NCBI GenBank assembly: GCA_951406725.2
Contig: OX597842.1
Coordinates: 33,480,001-33,544,000, forward strand
From: Octopus vulgaris
Taxonomy: Eukaryota
Length of the DNA stretch: 64,000 bases
Direction: 5' to 3'
Each line of letters opens with the position of its first letter. The stretch's first letter is position 1. The notes below the pieces were generated by a model that saw only the letters and a program-made list of their open reading frames with translations, was not told the origin of the DNA and did not search any database. The position numbers were made by a program, and so were the translations under genes. Shown piece after piece: positions 54,788-64,000 of this stretch.

Positions 54788-55421
54788 GAAGGCGCATGGT
54801 TCATGGTTGGCAATGTCAATGGTTCCAAGCTGTATCGGCCTCTGCTTTTCCCTTAGATAACATCAGTGCCGTGGAGAGGAGAGGTTGATTTGCATGGGTG
54901 ACTGCTGGTCTTCCATAAACAACCCTACCACGATATGTATCTCGGGGTGTAACTTTCTAGGTGCAATCCCACGGTCATCCATGACCGAAGGAGGCCTCTA
55001 CCCTTTATTGAGAAGGCGCATAGCTCAGTGGTTAGAGCGTCGGGATCATACTTATGAGTTAGAAAGTTCGACCAGGGCTGTGGTGTGTTCTTGAGCAAGA
55101 CACTTTATTTCACGTCGCTCCAGTTCACTCAGCTGTAGAAATGAGTTGTGACGTCACTGGTGCCAAGTTGTATCGACCTTTGTCTTTCCCTTGGATAACA
55201 CTGGTGGCGTGGAGAGGGAAGGCTGGTATGCATGGGCGACTGCTGGTCTTCCATAAACAACCTTGCCTAGAATTGTCCCTCGGAGGGGAACTTTCTAGGT
55301 GCAACCCATGGTCAGTATCGTGTCCGAAGAGGGTCTTTACCCTTTACCCTATGTACATATAATGGCATGGTGAGGGGAGGCTGGTATGCATGGGTGACTG
55401 CTGGTCTTCCATAAACAACCT
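54788..55421 (+). mobile_element. tRNA-derived SINE family D: deleted copy, full copy (55011-55350) and a fragment
   Basis: A-box TAGCTCAGTGG, B-box-like AGTTCGAC, CTTGAGCAAGACAC domain. GACTGCTGGTCTTCCATAAACAACC occurs three times; TTTACCC tail. Confidence 0.8.
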
Positions 55422-55659
55422 TATTTCTTTATTGCCCACAAGGGGGTAAACGTAGAGGGGACAAACAAGATCAGATAAAGGGATTAAGTCGATTACATCG
55501 ATCCCAGTGTGTAACTGGTACTTAATTTATCGACCCCCGAATGGATGAAAGGCAAAGTCGACCTCGGCGGAATTTGAACTCAGAACGTAGCGATGGGCGA
55601 AATACCGCTAAGCAATTCTGCCTGTCCACCGCCCCAATAATAATAATAATAATAATGAT

Positions 55660-55702
<43 letters not shown>

Positions 55703-55867
55703 GTTTCAGCTAGCAATTTGGTGAGAGGATCTACATCGATGCCAGTACGCAACTGGTACTTATTTCATCGACCCCACAAGGATGAAAGGCAAAGTCGACC
55801 TCGGCTGAATTTGAACTCAGAATGTAAAGACAGACGAAATGACGCTAAACATTTCGCTCGACGCCTT
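55422..55867 (-). mobile_element. Two SINE B copies
   Basis: GGATGAAAGGCAAAGTCGACCTCGGC..GAATTTGAACTCAG occurs twice. Confidence 0.85.
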
Positions 55868-55956
55868 AATAATGATATAACAGTTAGGAGAGGTGTGAGA
55901 GAAATGAAGTTGGTGTGTGAGTGAGTATGTTGCATGAGTATGAGCCGGGAGACAGG

Positions 55957-56131
55957 CATAGAGAGTGGATAGAGTGTGAGATTTATGGTGATAATGGAGA
56001 GAGATTGTGTAGTTTGGAAGTTTTATGGTGATGGGGTCAGTCGACAAAGATTAGTTTTATGTTAACATAGAAGAGTGATCAATGTAAAATGTTAGTGGAG
56101 AGGAGCCATGTTGAGAATGAAGAATGGATGT
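55957..56131 (-). repeat. Right arm of the ~175-bp inverted repeat
   Basis: Partner of 54609-54784. Confidence 0.92.
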
Positions 56132-56186
56132 CAAGTGAAGTGGTTCTCGGTAGCGAGTAAGATCACTAGTTTCAGAGGAAATATGG

Positions 56187-56433
56187 GAAGAAGAAGAATG
56201 AAAGGAAGTAGAAGAAGAATTGGAAGGAGAAGAAGAAGAAGAATGAAAAGAAGAATGAAAGGAAGTAGAAGAAGAATTTGAAGGCGAAGAAGAAGAAGAA
56301 TGAAAAGAAGAAGAAGAAGAAGAAGAAGAAGAAGAAGAAGAAGAAGAAGAAGAATGAAAAGAAGAATGAAAGGAAGTAGAAGAAGAATTGGAAGGCGAAG
56401 AAGAAGAAGAAGAAGAAGAAGAAGAAGAAGAAG

Positions 56434-56463
<30 letters not shown>
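56187..56463. repeat. Compound (GAA)n repeat
   Basis: Read directly. Confidence 0.95.
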
Positions 56464-56464
<1 letters not shown>

Positions 56465-56859
56465 GGATGAAACAGACAATTTTCATGAAGAGATTTAATT
56501 GAAAGAGCGAAAGATAGGAAGAAATAGAAAGAATTCGTTTGAATTGACATATTTGAATGAGTGGGAAAGAATGACGGAAGAACCTGTGAAACTGAAATCA
56601 GTTTTGATTGGATCAATGAATGAATGCGCGATTTTGATCGTAAAGGAAGTTGTGAATGAGTGAGTGAAGAAGAATGGTACGAAGGACGGTTGTTGTGGCA
56701 CAGAAGGAAGTTTTGAATGAATGAATTAATTAATGAATGAATTAATGAATGAAAATCTCCAAGAAAGATCTCAATGAATAATCGGGAAAAAAATTTATGA
56801 GAAAAAATAACGTTTGATTTGAAGGAATTAATCTAAAAGAAAAAGAAGAAGAAGAAAAG

Positions 56860-56890
<31 letters not shown>

Positions 56891-57128
56891 AAGGAGAAGG
56901 AGGAGGAATACCTGTACAATTGAATGAGGTTGTACATGAAACAATGACAATTTATAGAAGGAATTGAATGAAGGTGTGAAGGATAGATATAATGAAATTG
57001 TCCTTATTATTATTATTATTGTTGTTTTGAATGAAAGGAAGGTTTTCGAAGAAGAAAGAACGTAGAAAGATCGAAATGAAAAAGAAAATGACCGAAAGAA
57101 CGAACACGAAAAAGACCAACAGAATGAA

Positions 57129-57168
<40 letters not shown>

Positions 57169-57371
57169 AGGAAAGAAAAGAGAGAAAACAACAAAAGAAT
57201 GAAAAAGAAATAGAGAAAAATTTTTACATGAATCAGTGAATGTGTTTGGGATGAAGGAAATCTAGAAGGAAGGAGTGAGAAATGAATGAAATACGTAATG
57301 GATGAACGAATGAAGAGAATAAAAGGGAATAAAGAATGAAAGAGCAAGAGTGAAAAACGAAAAGATGTGAA

Positions 57372-57872
57372 TTAATGATTGAGAGGATTAAGGAATAATG
57401 ATTGGTTTGATTAGTGATTAAGAGGATTAAGGAATAATGTTTGGTGTGGTTAATGATTGAGAGGGTTAAGGAATAATGTTTGGTGTGGTTAATGATTGAG
57501 AGGGTTAAGGAATAATGATTGGTTTGATTAGTGATTAAGAGGATTAAGGAATAATGATTGGTTTGATTAGTGATTAAGAGGATTAAGGAATAATGTTTGG
57601 TGTGGTTAATGATTGAGAGGGTTAAGGAATAATGTTTGGTGTGGTTAATGATTGAGAGGGTTAAGGAATAATGATTAGTTTGATTAGTGATTAAGAGGAT
57701 TAAGGAATAATGATTGGTTTGATTAGTGATTAAGAGGATTAAGGAATAATGTTTGGTGTGGTTAATGAATGAGAGGGTTAAGGAATAATGATTGGGTTGA
57801 TTTATGAACGAGAAGATTAAGTAATAAGGATTGGTTTGAATACAGATTGAGACGATTAAGGAATAAGGATTG
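57372..57872. repeat. 39-bp minisatellite with two interspersed variants, about 12-13 copies
   Basis: AGGAATAATG every 39 bp; variants TTTGGTGTGGTTAATGATTGAGAGGG and ATTGGTTTGATTAGTGATTAAGAGGA. Confidence 0.93.
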
Positions 57873-58197
57873 ACTTAAATAATGTTTGGTTGTATACTTA
57901 TCGATTGACTAATGAATGATTGGAGTGCTGAATAATGAATGAGTTTATTAATCAATTAAATGAATCATAGACTAATGAATGACTGAATAATTGAGCAACT
58001 AATGACTGGTTGAGATATTGAGTAATGAATGATTGGGTATCATCGAATAATGATTGATTGTCGTGTTGTGTAATAATCATGCTGAATAACAATAGACTAA
58101 AGAAAGACAGATTGGATTAGTGAATGATAAATCATTTCTCACGTGACTTGCAGAGTAATGAATAATTGAATAATGAATGATGATTGCCTGAATACTG

Positions 58198-58542
58198 GTG
58201 TTGTTGTTTAGCCCCAGGTCAGTCCTGATCCAGACAGACCTATGTTCAAAGACGTTCCAGCTGTGACCATCCTGTCTTTTATTCAGGCATAGTGTACCTA
58301 GGACTACATTATCTAATGTATAGTAGAGTAGTTAGTATTAGTGGCTATAGTTGCTGTTTAGCCCAAGGCCAGTCTTGACCCTAATAGACATATGTTCAAA
58401 GACGTTCCAGCTATGACCATCCCATCTTTTATTCAGGCATAGTGTATCTAGGACTACATTATATAATGTACAGTACAGTGGTTAGTATTGGTGACTATTG
58501 TTGCTGTTGTTGTTGTTTAACCCCAGGTCAGGCCTGATCCGG
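58198..58542. repeat. Tandem repeat of about 150 bp, same family as 8135-8600
   Basis: TTTAGCCCCAGGTCAGTCCTGATCCAGACAGACCTATG..GGCATAGTGTA. Confidence 0.85.
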
Positions 58543-58719
58543 CAACTTTGCAGTATTTGTAGTGGTTTTATTCACTGTTGTTGTTGCTGCTGTTGTGGCT
58601 GTTGTTTATGTTCGGTTGTCATAGCAACCTTTCGCAATGTCGATTACAAACAGAAAAACAAACGATCCGAAACAACAAAAGAATTCTACTCCACCACCAC
58701 CACCACCACCACCACCACC

Positions 58720-58771
<52 letters not shown>

Positions 58772-58863
58772 TGAAGATTGCTAAACAACTTCAGTCGAGA
58801 CGCCTCCTTATGGATTAGCAACAATCATACCGAATATACAAAGTGTGTGTATAATCATGTATG

Positions 58864-58897
<34 letters not shown>

Positions 58898-59046
58898 TAT
58901 ATATGTGTGTGTGTGAGAGAGAGAGAGAAAGAGAGAGAGTGAGGGTCCATATGTGTGTGTATATATATTCCTATATGTACATGTGCTTGGACACTGATGC
59001 ATGTGTACATCATGTGTGTAGATATATATATATATACATATATATA

Positions 59047-59082
<36 letters not shown>

Positions 59083-59204
59083 TGAGGGTCCATATGTGTG
59101 TGTATGTATATTCCTATGTATACATCATGTGTGTGTAGATATATATATATATATATATGTATGTATGTGTCCGTATACAGATGCATGTGGGTATAGATAT
59201 GCCC

Positions 59205-59244
<40 letters not shown>

Positions 59245-60049
59245 ACTAATCAATGTGTACAGTATCATATATCCATTACACCCGATCTTACTGATCGGTT
59301 TCGCATTGGCGTTTCACCGGAGTGTTAGGTAACAGTCTGATTATGTAACCCTATGCTCTTAACAGTGTAATGCTACTACATATTTTATCGGCCTCTTTTT
59401 TGCCAAAACCGCGAAGTTACGGGGACGTAAACATACCAACATATACAAACATATATAGCCGCGGGCCAACCAAAGCCTTGCGAGCGGATTTAGTAGACGG
59501 AAACTGAAGGAAGCCCAAGGTGCCACGCAGTGGGACTGAACCCGGAACCATGTGGTTGGGAAGGAAGCTTTTTACCACACAGCCATATTTACATATGTAG
59601 ATATACTTTCACACACACATACATACACACATATACACACGTACCGTTTGTTTATTAGCAGCCTCCCCATTGAATACCAACGTCAACTTGAGTATTACAC
59701 TCGTCATCTTGACCGCCATCTTCATCATCATCATCATCATCACCATCGTCACCAACGTTGTTACAACAACATCAACACGAGTGTGCTGTCACCTATTAGA
59801 TTTCTAATTAAAGGAGAGGAGTTTAGGTGCATACATGTAAATATATATGTATATATATATATATATATATATGCACATGGATGGATGGATGGAGATAGAT
59901 AGAAAGATAGACAGACAGACGGACAGACAGACGAACAGACAGAAGGACGGACCGACCGACAGACAGACAGCAGACAGACAGACAGACAGATAGATAGATA
60001 GATAGATGGGTATTTAGATATATATATATATATATATAGATAGAGATAT

Positions 60050-60266
<217 letters not shown>

Positions 60267-60611
60267 AAAAGATAGAGACCCCACCACACACACGCATGGC
60301 TATATTTGTGTATGTTTTCGTGAATGCGAAAGAACTTCTCTGTCTTTCAATCCTTCTTGTACTGCAACGAATTCGCAAAAGACAAAGATTTTTAATATCC
60401 GTTCCCACTCACGCTCTCTACCTCTCTCTCTCTCTCTCTATCTCTCTCTAAGCTTCACATGTGTGTTCATGCGCATGTGTATATATATATATATATATAC
60501 ATGCATATACACACATATTGCGTATATGCATCTATTTATTAGCGTTATCTATTAGCGTATTTGCCTTTGTATGTCTATGTACATTATTCCAATATATACA
60601 TATGTGTGTAT

Positions 60612-60662
<51 letters not shown>

Positions 60663-60697
60663 CACATATATATATAAAAATGCTTAATAGGTGTGCC

Positions 60698-60735
<38 letters not shown>

Positions 60736-60847
60736 TCACACACACATACGATTGTATTTACTTATCTATATATGAATATATATGGGTGCGTATATACATG
60801 TGTATAGAAAAGAATACGTATATACATATAGATATAGACATATATAT

Positions 60848-60913
<66 letters not shown>

Positions 60914-61359
60914 GTATGCTTAGACACACACTTATGTTCCGAAGCCAAACCATTCGTAAACAATCCTCTGCTGTTAAGTAGACTGACTGTCTATCTGTGT
61001 GTCTCTCTATGACGACGACTTTAAATAAACAGCATCTGAGCGTATTTAGAGAGCTCTACCTAATGGAGTCTATCGCTCTATCCAGGTGAAACCAGATTTA
61101 GTGGTACTGCCTTAACACTCCGAATTGTAGCTTTGAGAGTTTTGTTCATTTATTCCTTTACATGTTCCAAAACCGTTCTCTCAATTCTCACCAATTTTTT
61201 AAAAACTGGAGTGAGGAGTGTTCGTGAGTAGGACAAGATGTCTTGCAGCGTTTGTACTGAAGCTCTGCCATCTAGGTTCAAATCTACGGTCAATAGGCAG
61301 TCTATCACTTTCTCTGTTTGTCCGTTTCCTTAACATCAAATATCCGCTTTAGTATTTAC

Positions 61360-61777
61360 ATTATTTTTTTTGCTGCCCACAAGGGGCTAAAGATGGAGAG
61401 GATAAACGAGGACAGACAGACGGATGAAGTCGATTACATCGACCCTAGTGCGAAACTGGTACTCAATTTAATCGACCCCGAAGGGATGAAAGGCAAAGTC
61501 GACCTCGGCGGAATTTGAACTCAGAACGTAACGGCAGACGAAATACCTATTTCGTTACTACCCACAAGGGGCTAGACATAGAGAGGACAAACAAGGACAG
61601 ACAGAGGGATTAAGCTGATTACATCGACCCCAGTGCGAAACTGGTACTTTATTTATCGACCCCGAAAGGATGAAAGGCAACGTCGACCTCGGCGGAATTT
61701 GAACTCAGAACGTAACGACAGACGATATACCGCTAAGCATTTCGTCCGGCGCACTAACGTGTCTGCCAGCTCGCCGC
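61360..61777 (-). mobile_element. Dimeric SINE B with a 13-bp target-site duplication
   Basis: CTTTAGTATTTAC (61347-61359) and CTTTGGTATTTAC (61778-61790); two body units about 185 bp apart. Confidence 0.88.
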
Positions 61778-62198
61778 CTTTGGTATTTACTTCAAATCTT
61801 CATTGCAGCTGTTGTTCTTTTTGTCTCTAAGATCAACTATAGAAAGTATAAGAGAGTCAAACCAGTACTTTCCAGTATTTGTTTCAAATCTTCATTCTTC
61901 GGGTTCAATTCCCACAAAGGCCCACTTTCTTTCATTTTTTATGTGTCAATAAGAAAGAACCAACGAAGAGAAATAAACTGGAGTGAGGACAGTTAGAGAG
62001 TAGGACAAGATGTCTTGCAGTGTTTGTACTGAAGCTCTGCCATCGATGTTCAAATCTAAGGTCAACAGGCAGTCTATCACTTTCTCTGTTTGTCCATCTC
62101 CTTAACATGGCTATCAAAATCAAATATTTGCTTTGGTATTTACATTATGTCTGCATTGCAGCTGTTGTTCTTCGTCTCTAGGATCAACCATAGAAAGT

Positions 62199-62583
62199 GG
62201 AAGCACTCCGTCGGTTACGACGATGAGGGTTCCGGTTGATCCGAATCAACCGAACAGCCTGCTCGTGAAATTAATGTGTAAGTGGCTGAGCACTCCACAG
62301 ACACGTGTACCCTTAACGTAGTTCTCGGGGATATTCAGCGTGACACAGAGAGTGACAAGGCCGGCCCTTTGAAATACAGGTACAACAGAAACAGGAAGTA
62401 AGAATGAGAGAAAGTTGTGGTGAAAGAGTACAGCAGGGATCACCACCATCCCCTGCCGGAGCCTCGTGGAGCTTTTAGGTGTTTTCGCTCAATAAACACT
62501 CACAACGCCCGGTCTGGGAATCGAAACCGCGATCCTATGACCGCGAGTCCGCTGCCCTAACCACTGGGCCATTGCGCCTCCAC
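62199..62583 (-). mobile_element. tRNA-derived SINE family C, full length, perfect 12-bp TSD
   Basis: Head GGAGGCGCAATGGCCCAGTGGTTAGGGC..GGTTTCGATTCC; ACCATAGAAAGT at 62187-62198 and 62584-62595. Confidence 0.93.
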
Positions 62584-63199
62584 ACCATAGAAAGTATAAG
62601 AGGGTCAAACCAGTTGCTTTCAAGTTTTTGTTTCAAATCTTCATTCTTCGGGTTCAATTCTCGCAAAGGCCCACTTTCTTTCATTTTTTTTTATGTGTCA
62701 ATAAGAAAGGACCAACGAAGCGCAAACGACCGAAGTGGATGGTGCACTGTTGGTTAACTAGTGTGACCAACTGTCTTGCAGTACCTACGGGTTCAAATTA
62801 CATTGAGATTCAATATATTTTCCATCTTTTCAGGGCCGATAACAAACTACCAATCAATCCTGAGCAGTGAATTGGTAGAACTGTAAGATGCCTTGTGGAA
62901 TCTGCTCGGGTTCTTAACATTGTGAGTTCAAATCCCATCGAGATAGGCTCTACTTTTTATCATTTCGGAATCGGTAACAAAATGCCAGTGCAAGATAGTC
63001 GACAGGTGGAGCTGTAAGAAGGTCGAGGGAAAGTGCTTCGTGGAGTTCAAATGTTGCCAATGTCAAATGTGCCTTTCATATTTTCGGAGTCGATAAAAAA
63101 AAAATTATAGCCCTTGTCTATAAGTAGAAGACACTTTCCCAAGGTGCCACGCAGTGGGACTGAACCCAAAACCACGTACTTGGGAAGCAAGCTACTTAC

Positions 63200-63240
<41 letters not shown>

Positions 63241-63262
63241 ACACATATATACACTGATTTGT

Positions 63263-63576
63263 AGAGGCGCAATAGCCCAGTGGTTAGGGCAGCGGACTCG
63301 TGGTCGTAGGATCGCGGTTTCGATTCCCAGACAGGGCGTTGTGAGTGTTTATTGAGCGAAAACTCCTAAAGTTCCACGAGGCTCCGGCAGGGGATGGTGG
63401 TGATCCCCGCTGTACTCTTTCACCACAACTTTCTCTCACTCTTTCTTCTGTTGGCCTGCTCGCTTAGCCAGCGGGGTGGCGTCATTCGAAGGCTAAAATA
63501 ATGCGAATCGCATTGTGACCAGCGATGTGTAACAAACAACATCTGATGGCCTGGTCGGTCACGGTGATCACGGTGA
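63263..63576 (+). mobile_element. SINE with a family C head and an alternative 3' tail
   Basis: First ~180 nt match the 62199-62583 copy; the tail is unrelated and ends CACGGTGATCACGGTGA. Imperfect 15-bp TSD TATACACTRATTTRT. Confidence 0.85.
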
Positions 63577-63617
63577 TATACACTAATTTATTTATGAACA
63601 CATGAATCTCTATTTTG

Positions 63618-63658
<41 letters not shown>

Positions 63659-63673
63659 GTGTGGAGAGAGGTT

Positions 63674-63719
<46 letters not shown>

Positions 63720-64000
63720 CAAACACATGTGGAGCGTGTTATTTATACGATTCAGTGTCACGCATGCGCATTGACTACGGGTGTTTTCATCACGCCTCTG
63801 ACTCGTAACACTCTAAGACATATATATACAGACAATGAAACAGCATTCACACATCAATCTATCTGTCTGTCTGTATGTATGTATGTATGTCTATCTATCT
63901 ATCTTTATATATATAGATATATTATATATACATATAGGGGGTGGTATATGGGGTGTGTGGTACAGCTTGCAACCAACCACATGGTTCTTCAGTCCCACTG

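Noticed and set aside
58578-58784. Poly-His/poly-Gln ORF suggesting a transcription factor
   Set aside because: (CAC)n(AAC)n microsatellite with no credible splice sites or domain.
63263-63340. tRNA gene
   Set aside because: A and B boxes are present, but there is no proper acceptor stem or terminator and it runs into a SINE body with a TSD. The same holds for the heads at 9267, 55011 and 62583.

Overview
AT-rich animal genomic DNA dominated by microsatellites and interspersed repeats. The SINE families and the density of (TA)n/(CA)n/(GATA)n tracts point to an octopus-like coleoid cephalopod; this is an inference from repeat content. No host protein-coding exon, tRNA or rRNA gene can be supported, and nearly all listed ORFs are microsatellite artefacts. 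Supported content: four tRNA-derived SINE families (working names A-D); two 5'-truncated CR1-group LINE 3' ends (22976-23241 and 50323-50920, both minus); three complete non-autonomous Helitrons sharing one 3' terminus; a TTAA-bounded piggyBac-like MITE chain; a pogo/Tigger-like MITE; Penelope-like relics in (TA)n tracts carrying long inverted repeats and minimal hammerhead-ribozyme-like motifs; two inverted arrays of a SINE-derived 121-bp satellite; several minisatellites; and a 1.5-kb G-skewed CpG-rich island. The most notable observations are a SINE/LINE shared 3' tail with covarying stem-loops, variant-core hammerhead motifs, a three-tier nested insertion and many inverted repeats able to form dsRNA. 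I found no clear evidence of a wholly new gene system. Boundaries of degenerate repeats are approximate.
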